A stretch of DNA of 64,000 nucleotides from Tubulanus polymorphus (taxonomy: Eukaryota; Animalia; Nemertea): positions 20,916,210 through 20,980,209 of the forward strand of contig NC_134030.1 in assembly GCF_964204645.1 (NCBI RefSeq), in the 5' to 3' direction. The translations under genes and the position numbers were made by a program. This document shows, piece after piece, positions 25,460 through 38,900 of the stretch (the first letter of the stretch is position 1; every line of letters starts with the position of its first letter). The notes beneath the pieces were generated by a model that was given only the letters and a program-made list of their open reading frames with translations, did no database searches and had not been told where the DNA came from.

Positions 25460-25697
25460 CAGGCGTGGATCCAGAGGGGGGTTTCCGGGGTCGTGACCCC
25501 CCACCCAGCTACAAAAAAAAAATTTTCAATCTTTTTCTTGAAGGATTGTAGGCCTACTCAAGACAAAGAGGAAGAACAGTAGCAAATAATCGGTACTATC
25601 TCATCTTATGTTTGGACAAACAATATGTCGTATATGCCCCCTATCAGAGATTTTAACATTAACATTCTTTATGAACCCCCTCCTGGATCCACGCCTG
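25460..25697. mobile_element. hAT-like MITE
   Basis: TIR CAGGCGTGGATCCAG...CTGGATCCACGCCTG; no clean TSD. Confidence 0.6.
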
Positions 25698-25720
25698 GAC
25701 AGACAGATTCACTTCAGTCC

Positions 25721-25831
25721 AGGACCCAGTTCCACAGTTGTGAGTTACAGTTAACTCAGAGTTAAAGTTAGTTCATTTTCGATGTTTTAACCCAGGGTCA
25801 AATCTTAACTCACCACTGTGGAACTGGACCC
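25721..25831. mobile_element. ~110-bp hairpin MITE (second copy at 35999-36108)
   Basis: ggacccagttccacagt...actgtggaactggaccc. Confidence 0.7.
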
Positions 25832-26903
25832 AGATATTTAAGGAAAGCTGCTAACCCTCTGATGACACTGACTACAATACTGCCGCGGTCCTCCTTATTA
25901 CCGAGATGACGTAATTTACCGAGATGATGCTCCGAATATCCGGAAAAATATGTAAAATATGACTCCAGCAGGCATTTATTACTGATATATTATGATCTCA
26001 ATGGTTAAAATCGATAAGGAATAAATAAATATGTTCTATTTCATTTTCATGTCATCTCGGTTGATCTCCTCGCTCGGTAAATTACGTAATATCTCCTCCT
26101 CGGTAGAGGACCGTACTGCCGCATTAATCACGGGACGACAAAATACACAGCTGCCTAACTTGTGTCCTGGGACGAAGCCACAATTATTCAATAAATCGCA
26201 TGTGAACTTTACCTCGCTAGGAATCGTAGAGGCATGTTGCGTCGGGAGAGAGAGAGGGGTAGACTTGCGTTATTTCGTTTCGCTATGCGATTTCGTCGAC
26301 TGTGTCGGGGTTCGAAACTTGTGAAACGAAAATTATTCGTACTCAATTCCTAGACTGGTTGCCTGTCGCATACGATATTTCATATACAGACCGGCAACCA
26401 GTCTAACTCAGTGCCGTCAGTGTTTCGCGCGTTAAGCGCTTCAGGTCTATAAATTCAATTTATATTTATTGATCACAAGGCAAGCGATGCAAATTAATGT
26501 GACGCTAATGGATAGAGTAGAAATTAAGGGATAAGCTTTTATTAATGAAGATTTATTAATGAAGATTTATAATTAGTCGTTAATAATTAATAATGTCTTA
26601 ATAATTATTTCAAAAAGATACCATAAAAACATAAATTAATTTTTCGGACTTTTTGCCTTACTGAAATTGGACTGACCGTGACAAATCATCCTTCAGAAAT
26701 CAAACTAAAAATGGTAAGAAAGATCATTTAAGGATCGATCGGAAGAGAGCTTTTGTAATATAGGTGTTCAATATAATCTGCGTTTAATTGAATTCAATGC
26801 GGATCCGTTCGGACTGATGGAGCGGACTGTTTATTGTCCGCATCCGTAATTCGGTTCTTTCCGGTAAACGTGGTGTCAGAACGTGAGATGTAAAAACGGC
26901 GAA

Positions 26904-29900
26904 ATGTCTCATTACAACTTCAAAAAGATCACAGTCGTCCCGACTTCGAAGGTAGGAAAAGTTTAGTTTGATTCCTAACAAATGCGTTAAATGTTGATGA
27001 TTTTTTATTCCCGGTTTTGCTGTCAAAATTCATAGATTCCCAAGATAAATATTGTCAAACTACTACAAAGTCGAATTCAAATGAAAAATTGTTGCATTTG
27101 CATTTCTGTGTACATGAGAAAAACGCCGTGGATATTTTACCGTATACGGCTGAGTGTTTATTTCCGCCATTTTTACCATACATCGTCGCTGACACAGGGA
27201 CTTGTCACGACTGATAATGGATGAGACCAATGATGGGGGTACCAGTATCCCTGCAACTGTATAATAAAATAACAAGGGTGGCAACAAATTTTCAATCTGA
27301 CAATGACTTCTCCACTTCAATCGACTGTAATTCCAAAAATTCTCAACCGATTCACATGAAATAAGCTTTAATACAACCTAGAAGACTTTCTGCTTCGAAC
27401 GAGCCTACAACCACCACTCTCCGACAATTATCTCACAACGAAATCACCTTTTTTTGACGAGAGATAGCTCAAAATGGAGGTGTACCGATTCTATGGTGGA
27501 CAGCAAAATGGTCGTTTTTTTCAATTCAAACGATGATTTCTATGTGAGATCTTAGAGAAAACCCCAACAAACCATACATTTTTTAAAACTACGCGGTCAT
27601 ACCTGTACGCTTATCTCATTTATTTGTATAATTCACGCGATGGGTGAGCTCACAAGCTCAAAATCGAAAATGAGGACGAACACGGCGTTCAACTTGTCAT
27701 CAACTGGGCGGCCATTAATCACGTGATATCGTAGTAACGGGCTAAATATTTCACGCGCATTGATTGGCTTAGAGATTTCGAAAAACATTACAAAATTTAT
27801 CAAAAGTTCTGTTAATTAATAAAATATCCGTATTATGAAAATATAGTGCAACATTCGTCTGAGGGGTGGTATTATTAGCAAATATTTCCTTTTTTCAAGT
27901 CTACAGACGTAGACTTGTCGCGGTTCTATTAACATAGCCCGAACCTGCACGTCACGTGATTAATGGCCGCCAGCGCGATAGTGCGAGGTGACTTTTTCGT
28001 ATATTTGTTCGATTTTGAGCTTGCGAGCTCACCCATCGCGTGGATTATACAAATAAATGAGATAAGCGTACAGGTATGACCGCGTAGTTTTAAAAAAAGT
28101 ATGGTTTGTTGGGGTTATCTCTAAGATTTCACATAGAAATCATCGTTTGAAGTGAAAAATACGACCATTTTGCTGTCCACCATAGAATCGGTACACCTCC
28201 AATTTGAGCTATCTCTCGTCAAAAAACGGTGATTTCGTTGTGAGATAATTGTCCTAGAGTGGTGGTTAAAGGCTCGTTGGAAGCAGAAAGTCTTCTAGGT
28301 TGTATTAAAGCTTATTTCATGTGAATCGGTTGAGAATTTTTGGAATTACAGTCGATTGAAGTGGAGAAGTCATTGTCAGATTGAAAATTTGTTGCCACCC
28401 TTGTTTTTTATATTATACAGGGATAGTGGACCTGGTCATTGATATTGGTTTTATTCATTCACTATCAATTGTGACAAGTCCCTGTGGTCGCTGATTGGCT
28501 GATTTACGCCGCGCATGCGCACAGAAGAGGTGCGCGACTTCAGATAAGAAAATTCAAGCCCAAGGATTAGGAAAGTGTGGAGAACAGCTGAGAGTTGGAG
28601 AAAAAAGAGAGGGATAGAGCGAGACTCGAACCCGGGCCAGTAAATTACTAGCGCAGCATCTTCCCACTAGACCACCGAGCTCGCTGAAAACCAACAGAAT
28701 GTTTTAACTAATGTCTATTTATTAATTGATGAGACCTGTTTTTCTGGGATATTTTGCTTACTTTTTGGGATACATACCTCATTTATGTCTTAACAGAATG
28801 CCAAAAATCGCGGACAACAACTGAATATCCGATATTATTCCAGTTCTGTACCGATTAGATGGATTGGCAAAAAGACTCCTTAAGTCCAGTTGAATGAGAG
28901 AGAAAATCCTCCATTTTGTGAAATTTCTTGGATTTGAACATTGTTACCATGCCTACGCCACCCTGATTTAGTTGTTGAGACCCCACAAGAAAAATAACTT
29001 CATTTTGTAGGCATGGTGACAATGTAAAAATTCAAGAAATTACCAAAAAGTAAGCGAAATATCCCAGAAAAACAGGTCTCATCCATTAATAAATAGACAT
29101 TAGATATAGGCCTAGTACCTCACCTTACCCTAATCTTATTCTTCGGGGTATAAAACAGACCCTAAACCCATTGGAACCCTAACCCTAAACCGAATAAAAT
29201 GATTTTATAGTTACTTTTTATATTTAATACTATAATATATAGTAATGATGTACGGTAAAATAGCGGAAGAAAATACTTTGCCGTATAAGGTTAAGTATCC
29301 ACTTCGTACAAGAAATGTATTTCTCGCGACCCCCATCCAGCTCGAAAAAAGTTTTGGATCATTTCGTCAAAATACCTCCTGAGAATGAGATTATAACGTC
29401 GTTTTGACTTTCAGGACTTCATAGACATCGTCTTGTCGAAGACTCAACGAAAGACTCCGACAGTCGTTCACAAACACTATCAGATCGGTCGCATCCGACA
29501 GTTCTATATACGCAAGATCAAATACACGCAACAGAATTTCCACGATAAACTGTCACAAATCCTCGAAGACTTTCCGAAACTTGCAGTAAGTATGAATTTA
29601 AACTACTGCGACAATAAGGGTTCCACTTGTGGCAACTGAGGATCCGCCAGGTGTCGCTAGCGCGCAATAGGACATGAACTACTTGGCAATAGAGGATTCC
29701 ACTTGTGGCAAGTGAGGATCAGCCAGGTGTTGCTAGCGCGTAATAGGACATGAACTACTTGGCAATAGAGGATTCCACTTGTGGCAAGTGAGGATCAGCC
29801 AGGTGTCGCTAGCGCGCAATAGGACATGAACTACTTGGCAATAGAGGATTCCACTTGTGGCAAGTGAGGATCAGCCAGGTGTCGCTAGCGCGCAATAGGA

Positions 29901-32900
29901 CATCAACTACTTGGCAATAGAGGATTCCACTTGTGGCAAGTGAGGATCCACCAGGTGTGGCTAGTGAAAGTTTTTTGAGGCACGTTTTTGATGATGTTCA
30001 TATTTGGATTCGTGCTTCGTACATTCTTCATTCATCCAGACTTTTCAAATCCGAACAAAGTGAAACTAACTTATATTCAGAAATGAGTCTGGAATTAAAA
30101 ATTTTCTGTGCGTCATTATTTTGTAGGATGTCCATCCGTTTTATGCCGATTTGATGAATGTGCTGTACGATAAAGACCATTATAAACTGGCGCTCGGTCA
30201 AATGAACACTGCGATGCATCTTATTGATAAGTAAGTCTTTAAGTACTGCCCGTTATGCAAAGCTGTGTGTACCCTGCAGTGCGGTGTATAACCCCTCCCA
30301 CCCTGCAGTGCAGTGTATAACCCCTCCCACCCTGCAGTGCGGTGTACAACCCACCAACCCTGCAGTGCCGTGTACAACCCACCAACCCTGCAGTGCGGTG
30401 TATAACCCCTCCCACCCTGCAGTGCGGTGTACAACCCACCAACCCCGTAGTGCGGTGTATAACCCCACCAACCCCGTAGTGCGGTGTATAACCCCTCCCA
30501 CCCTGCAGTGCGGTGTACAACTCACCAACCCTGCAGTGCGGTGTATAACCCCTCCCACCCCGCATTGTGGTGTATAACCACTCCCACCCGGCAGTGCGGT
30601 GTACAACCCACCAACCCTGCAGTGCCGTGTACAACCCACCAACCCTGCAGTGTGGTGTATAACCCCTCCCACCCTGCAGTGCGGTGTACAACCCACCAAC
30701 CCCGTAGTGCGGTGTATAACCCCACCAACCCCGTAGTGCGGTGTATAACCCCTCCCACCCTGCAGTGCGGTGTACAACTCACCAACCCTGCAGTGCGGTG
30801 TACAACCCACCAACCCTGCAGTGCAGTGTATAACCCCTCCCACCCTGCAGTGCGGTGTATGACCCACCAACCCCGTAGTGCGGTGTATAACCCCACCAAC
30901 CCTGCAGTGCCGTCTGTCACTGTAATCATTATTTAAAATCTCTTCAAAGATGGCAGGACCTGTCACTATTTTAAACATAGTAACTAGCAGTATGCATGTT
31001 ATACACCGCACTGCAGGGTATGCGAATACATAACCATTATACACCGTACCCTTAGGTAGACACTGGCCTGTTACACACTGCACTTGGGATTTTTCTAAAC
31101 TTATCTCCAGTACTTCAGGGTATGCAATTGCGTCTGTCTTCTGCGCTGGAAGGGGACAGTTGATCGGGATTATTCTAAGCGGGATTGTTCGTACATTGTC
31201 CCTTTGTTTAATCGTTGAATCATTTCGATTGTTGCAGTGTTGCTAAGGACTACGCTCGCTTGATGAAGTACGCGGATACATTGTACAGATGTAAGCAGCT
31301 GAAGAGGGCGGCTTTAGGACGGTGAGTTGATTCGCGGTTCTTACAGATACTCGGATTAAAATAGTGTCATAATTTGGTTCTTTCCTATAAATCTACGGAC
31401 TGGACTATGTGTACGGCACAAACATTAACAATACTTTTAGTCGAAATTCTTCAATTTTTTATCACAAGAAGAAAATTGATTTGAGTAAAAGTTACAAATA
31501 TAATTTCAACACAGACTCAGCTGGTGAATTAAGTTTTTGGACTCATTGAGATAAAACTGATTTTTTAACTTGGGGCCCAGTTTCACAAAAAGGATTGGGG
31601 CCTAAATCGATTTATGATAAACTGAATTAATGAAGAAATTAAATCTAGTTAAATGTTTTTGTGAAACTGGGTCTCTGACTCGCGAATGTGGAACCAGATC
31701 CAATGAGTTATGGATTAACTCCTCGTAAATTAACTGACTTAAGCTCATTGAGAATGAACAGACTTTAAGTTCAACTTGGAATTTACTCTTAATTGTACCC
31801 AGATTCGATTATCAGATTGAGATGATTTTTTTTTCGTTCTCGATTTTTCCAGAATGGCTACAATAATGAAGCGTCAAGGTCAGAGTTTGTCATATTTAGA
31901 ACAAGTTCGTCAACATTTATCGCGTCTGCCATCGATCGACCCGAATACGAGAACGTTGCTGATCTGCGGCTTCCCGAACGTCGGCAAATCCAGTTTCATC
32001 AACAAGGTACGATCTGAACACTTGTCTGTCAGTCATCAGACCTCTCAAATTCTGAACGTTAGCCCATGGTCCCTAAAATTCAGAAAATTTGCCCTAGAAA
32101 AAGTGTTTTTAGCACGTCTAGGCCACTCAAATTCTGGGGCCAGTTGCCAAAAAGTTGTTTAAAGATAACTTACTGATAAATACCATAGTAAGAATGAACT
32201 TTTAATTGTCACTACGTCAACTATTCACTGGTCAACTTAAACTAACTCATGAGCAATTGGCCCCTGAGTGTTAGCACTTGGCCCCCCTCAAATTCTGAGT
32301 GTTAGCAGTTGATCCCTCCAATGTGGCTTGAAAATATTCCTTCTGTAGGTGAACAACTGTTTAACTGTATGTTGTTACAGATAACACGAGCGGATGTGGA
32401 GGTTCAGCCGTACGCGTTCACTACCAAATCACTATACGTCGGACACACGGACTATAAATACCTGCGATGGCAGGTGGTCGACACGCCCGGAATACTCGAC
32501 CACTCGTTAGAGGAACGCAACACGATCGAGATGCAAGCGATCACCGCTCTCGCTCATCTCAGAGCGGCCGTGCTGTATGTGATGGACGTGTCAGAACAGT
32601 GCGGTCACACGCTGGAACAACAGGTCAGCGGGGATAGCTTACTGCGTCGGGGGAGGGTTTTTAGTCAGAACAGTGCGGTCACATGCTGGAACAACAGGTC
32701 AGCGGGGATAGCTTACTGCGGCGGGGGAGGGTTTCAGTCGGAACAGTGCTGGAACAACAGGTCAGCGGGGATAGCTTACTGCGGCGGGGGAGGGTTTCAG
32801 TCGGAACAGTGCGGTCACACGCTGGAACAACAGGTCAGCGGGGATAGCTTACTGCGGCGGGGGAGGGTTTCAGTCGGAACAGTGCGGTCACACGCTGGAA

Positions 32901-35900
32901 CAACAGGTCAGCGGGGATAGCTTACTGCGGCGGGGGAGGGTTTCAGTCGGAACAGTGCGGTCACACGCTGGAACAACAGGTCAGCGGGGATAGCTTACTG
33001 CGGCGGGGGAGGGTTTCAGTCGGAACAGTGCGGTCACACGCTGGAACAACAGGTCAGCGGGGATAGCTTACTGCGGCGGGGGAGGGTTTCAGTCATTCTC
33101 GAGCTATTCTTGATAGCCAGGAATTCCTTCTCTGGTGGGTGAAGGTTCTTGTCCTGTCACTTGAGTCGCTAGCATTCCTCCTCTATCTATTTGAGAGTGC
33201 TTCTCTGGCAGTTGAGGATTCATTGCTTCTCTGGCAGTTGAGGATTCATTGCTTCTCTGGCAGTCAGGGATTCGTCCTTTTATACAGTCCACCAGGATGT
33301 GCTGTGTGGGCACCTCACACTGAAGTCTAGTGATAAAAGTTTGGAATACTAATAATGCAGCATTTTCAGTCCACCAGGGTGCGCTGTGTGTGGCTGGTCA
33401 GTCCGGCTGCGATGTATTGTTTTGATATCAGTCCACCAGGGTGGCCTGTTTGGCTCATTAATCCACCAGGGTGCGCTGTTTGGCTCATTAGTCCACCAGG
33501 GTGCGCTGTGTGTGTGGCTCGTCAGTCCACCAGGGTGTACTGTTTGGCTCATTAGACCACCAGGGTGGCCTGTTTGGCTCATTAGTCCACCAGGGTGCGC
33601 TGTTTGGCTCATTAATCCACCAGGGTGCGCTGTTTGGCTCATTAATCCACCAGGGTGCTCTGTTTGGCTCATTAGTCCACCAGGGTGCGCTGTGTGTGTG
33701 GCTCGGCAGTCCACCAGGGTGCGCTGTTTGGCTCATTAGTCCACCAGGGTGCGCTGTTTGACTCATTAATCCACCAGGGTGCGCTGTTTGGCTCATTAAT
33801 CCACCAGGGTGCTCTGTTTGGCTCATTAGTCCACCAGGGTGCGCTGTGTGTGTGGCTCGTCAGTCCACCAGGGTGGCCTGTTTGGCTCATTAGTCCACCA
33901 GGGTGCGCTGTGTGTGTGGCTCGTCAGTCCACCAGGGTGTACTGTTTGGCTCATTAGACCACCAGGGTGGCCTGTTTGGCTCATTAGTCCACCAGGGTGC
34001 GCTGTTTGGCTCATTAATCCACCAGGGTGCGCTGTTTGGCTCATTAATCCACCAGGGTGCTCTGTTTGGCTCATTAGTCCACCAGGGTGCGCTGTGTGTG
34101 TGGCTCGGCAGTCCACCAGGGTGCGCTGTTTGGCTCATTAGTCCACCAGGGTGCGCTGTTTGACTCATTAGTCCCCCAGGGTGCGCTGTTTGGCTCGTCA
34201 GTCCACCAAGGTACGCTGTTTGGCTCATTAGTCCACCAGGGTGCGCTGTTTGGCTCATTAGTCCACCAGGGTGCGCTGTTTGACTCATTAGTCCCCCAGG
34301 GTGCGCTGTTTGGCTCGTCAGTCCACCAAGGTACGCTGTTTGACTCATTAGTCCCCCAGGGTGCGCTGTTTGGCTCGTCAGTCCACCAAGGTACGCTGTT
34401 TGGCTCATTAGTCCACCAGGGTGCTCTGTTTGGCTCATCCAGCCGACCGCTGCAGGTTTTGAATGTGAATGTCGTGTATTTTTCAGGTGGAGTTGTTCGA
34501 GAATATAAAACCGCTGTTCGCTAATAAACCGTTGATGATTTGCGTGAATAAAATCGACGTCAAAAGCATAGATGAGTTGGAAGACGAGCGAAAGGTAAAT
34601 GATTTTCACGATTCTGTTAAACTGTTCGGATTTAGGAGTTTGTCCACATAAATAATACTGAATATGAGGAAACTGAAAGAAAGAGATGCAGACATTTTCT
34701 CAAAATTTGAAATTTTCTTGAAAAACTCCTTAATCCAGGTTTGACTAATCTTTAGGGACCCTGTGTAATCAACACTTAACTAGCCCTAGAATATTTTCTG
34801 TAGGGTCCCTGTGTACTGGGAACTAGCCCTAAAATATTTTCTGTAGGGACCCTGTGTGCTCAGAACTAACCTAAGAGTATCTTCAGTTCGACATTCTTTG
34901 ATATATTTTGTCAATGTCCTTTTTTCCAGCAAATATTCGAGAATTTCAAGTCAGACGGTCTGCCGGTGTTGGAGATGAGCACGCTGAACGAACAGGGCGT
35001 GAACGAGGTGAAAACCGAGGCGTGCGATCGTCTGCTCGCGCACCGCGTCGAGGTCAAAATGAAGGGCAAGAAAGTGACGAACGTTCTGAATCGGCTGCAC
35101 GTCGCGATGCCGGCCGCTCGCGACGCTAAACACCGGCCGGTCTGCATTCCGGATGCGGTCGCCGCCAAACGACAAGCGATGCAAGTCACCGACGCCAAGG
35201 AAAGAAAACAGAGACTCGTAAGTGAAACGCTGATTAACGTTTGACGGTATCAGGACAATTGCCCCCCCCCCCCCCAAAAAAAAAAATTAAATCTTTTTAA
35301 TCTTAAAGTAACACAAATATTTATTTCAAATTAATTAGACAAAGTGAACTAATTCTAGCTAATTACTCTAGGACTGCTTTAAAGTTTTTAATTGGCTAAA
35401 GTAACGCTAAAACTGATTCCAATAAATTAGTCAACGTTAACTAATACACTAATAAGTGGACTTATTAAGTTTCCTTTAATTTGGTAAGTGAATTATAATA
35501 ACACAAGGACTGATTTAAAGTTTTTGATCTGCACACAACATCAGTTATTCGATATCTTATAAATCTATATTCAATGATATACAAATGAATTTCTAAGTAA
35601 AGTATTTTGTTAATCAAAATCAAAAAGGATTTTGTTCGGGGGGGGGGGCAAATTGTCCTAGAACCTGTATTCGAACAGGATGATGGGTTTAATTTAGCGC
35701 TGGATTCCTCTAAAATATATTGTGTCATAATTTGGTTCTTTCCTATAAATCTACGGACTGGACTATGTGTACGGCACAAACATTATCAATACTTTTATTC
35801 GAAATTCTTCAATTTTTTATCACAAAAAGAAAATTGATTTGAGTAAAAGTTACATCTAGATTTGAAGAGTCGTATGTCGTATATTGAAACACGAAGATGA

Positions 35901-38900
35901 ATTTTATTATTTAGTGCTGGATTCCTGTTAAATTTTATTGTGTCATAATTTGGTTCTTTCCTTTAAATCTACGGATTGGACTATGTGTACGGCAACCTGG
36001 ACCCAGTTCCACAGTCGTGAGTTAGAGTTAACTCTGAGTTAAAGTTAATTCTTTTTCAATGTTTTAACCCAGGGTCAAATCTTAACTCAGAACTGTGGAA
36101 CTGGTCCCTGGTGGCTAACTCTATGGATAATGAATTAAGTTAATACCAGTCTATAAAACCGGACCCTGTGGTTCACTTAAATTCTCGAAGCAATTTTACA
36201 AACTCGATCTTCAAATAGGTTTCTAATGCCTGAGCTATTTTAATCACGGCGAACTGTTTAACTGGTACTGTAACGATGGTGTTTGTGTGTTTAATTCAGG
36301 AGCGCGACGTCGAAGCCGAGATGGGCGACGACTACGTTCTCGACTTGCGTAAGAAATGGCTGCTTCACAACGACGACGAGAAATACGACGTCATTCCGGA
36401 AATCTGGCACGGACACAACATCGCCGACTATATCGATCCGGAGATATTCACCGTAAGTATCGATCGATCGCGTCGCCAGGTGGCGCTTCGAGGTTAGGAC
36501 ATAATGTGCCTGCCGGACTGCATTCAAGATGGCTGCCAAGCAGTCTCTAAGATCTATCGTTCGTAAATTCATTGACTCACAGATAAATTGGCACTTATGA
36601 ATTCAAGATGGCTGCCAAGCAGTCTCTAAGATCCACCGTTTGTAAATTCATTGACTCACAGATAAATTTCCCTCATGAATTCAATATGGCTGTCAGGCAG
36701 TCTCTAAGATCCACCGTTTGTAAATTCATTGACTCACAGATAAATTTCCCTCATGAATTCAATATGGCTGCCAGGCAGTCTCTAAGATCCACCGTTTGTA
36801 AATTCATTGACTCACAGATAAATTTCCCTCATGAATTCAATATGGCTGTCAGGCAGTCTCTAAGATCCGCCGTTTGTTAATTCATTGACTCACAGATAAA
36901 TTGTCCCTCATGAATTCAATATGGCTGCCAGGCAGTCTCTGAGATCCACCGTTTGTAAGTTCATTGTCTCACTGATAAATTGTCCCTCATGAATTCAATA
37001 TGGCTGCCAGGCAGTCTCTGAGATCCACCGTTTGTAAGTTCATTGTCTCACCGATAAATTGTCCCTCATGAATTCAATATGGCTGCCAGGCAGTCTCTAA
37101 GATCCACTGTTGTAAATTCATTGACTCACAGATAAATTTCCCTCATGAATTCAATATGGCTGTCAGGCAGTCTCTAAGATCCACCGTTTGTAAATTCATT
37201 GACTCACAGATAAATTGTCCCTCATGAATTCAATATGGCTGCCAGGCAGTCTCTGAGATCCACCGTTTGTAAGTTCATTGTCTCACCGATAAATTGTCCC
37301 TCATGAATTCAATATGGCTGCCAGGCAGTCTCTGAGATCCACGGTTCGTAAATTCATTTACTCACCAATGAATTGACACTTACCTTATGAATTCAAGATG
37401 ACTGCCAGGCAGCCCAGGTATTCATATCCGACTGTCAACTCTGCACGCAATTAAAGTGTTTTTGTTTTTATCTCGTAGAAATTGGAAGAGCTCGAGACCG
37501 AAGAGGGTCTACGCGAGAAAGCCGGAGTTTACGACTCGGATGAAAGCGAAGACGACGAAGAGATGGTCGAAATACGGAAAACGGCGAAAAAGTAAGAATC
37601 GACCCGTCCCGAAAAAACGTGTCCCAGGGACTTCGTGAAATTGATCTAAAACGAGTAGACTCCTCTAGAAAAGATGCCTGCCTCCATAAATCGCTCAATG
37701 ACATCATTATATTTAAATATAAAGACCCTTTTATGAATAGATGTCTGCCTCCATAAATCCACCTATGACATCATAAAATTTAATCATAGAGAATACCCTT
37801 TTATGAATAGGTGTCTGCCTCCATGAATCCACCTATTATATTATCATTATGATCTGACTCATTTGGAAAAGATGCGTGCCTGCCTCTCCCTATAAGATTG
37901 TCAAATTCAGTTATAGAGTACCCAGTTAGTAAACACATGATGGAATTGAACTTTCAGAAACATCGCCGGGTCCATGAATCCCCCTATGACATCATTGATT
38001 TGAATTACAAAAAAAAAACAATGCTGCCTCCATAAATCCCCCTATGATAGCATCAAATTTCTGATGTATTCGTTAAAAAATGTTTTCTTTCAATTTAACC
38101 CTTTCAGTGCTGACTAATCAATACCCTATAGTGCTAGAGATAATTTGAAATTTAAAAAAAATTCCACCCTAGTGTGTTGAACAATGGGAATACCACTATA
38201 GTGCGTCTACACCACAGCGCGGTGTATCATTAGTTACTAATATTTCACTAAGTTTGACAGGTGCTGCCATTTTTCAAGAGAGATAATTACTAATTACATC
38301 GATACACATCAATACACCACAGTGCGGTGTACTAGCAAAATCCATCACTGATTCATACACCGCACTGTGGTGTAGATGCACTGAAAGGGTTAAGTGTGTC
38401 TACACCATGGTGCGGCGTATCATTAGTTACTTATATTTCACTATGTTTGACAGGAGCTGCCATCTTTCAATAGAGATAAAAACTTATTACTAATAACATC
38501 AATACACCGCAGTGCGGCGTACTAGCAAAATCTATCACTGATTTATACACCACACTGCGGTGTAGACGCACTGAAAGGGTTAAATCGTTAATCAGTGATT
38601 AATCTGTTTCTCTTGTGTCTGTGTGTGTAGGATTCGTGATAAGATCACGTTGATCGGAAAGGAGTCGAAGGAGAAACGTTCGATACAGAAACCGCATCTA
38701 CCGCGAACGGCTAAACGATTCACGCGTTCGCGACTCGAATCAGAAATGGGCGAATTGGGAATCGAATTCGACGAAGATGCCTCGGTAATTAATATACTGT
38801 CGTTTTTAGCCTCGTTCGCACGCGAAAATACGTTCGCCTCCATGAATCCCCTATGACATCATCGTATTGTCTGCTAGTAATTTGATCTATAGACACTTCT

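Noticed and set aside
26205-26240. Possible first exon divergent from NOG1 (ATG...GAG|GTAAAG, minus strand)
   Set aside because: No downstream exon could be linked convincingly.
28617-28682. Possible tRNA gene
   Set aside because: A and B boxes are present but acceptor and anticodon stems do not form; treated as SINE-like.
29155-29195. Telomere-like CCCTAA motifs
   Set aside because: Only two or three degenerate units.
30198-31083. Long repetitive ORFs up to 276 aa
   Set aside because: Translations of an intronic minisatellite in NOG1 intron 3.
33349-34609. Repetitive ORFs ([10 protein letters not shown]...)
   Set aside because: Translations of the 30-bp intronic minisatellite.
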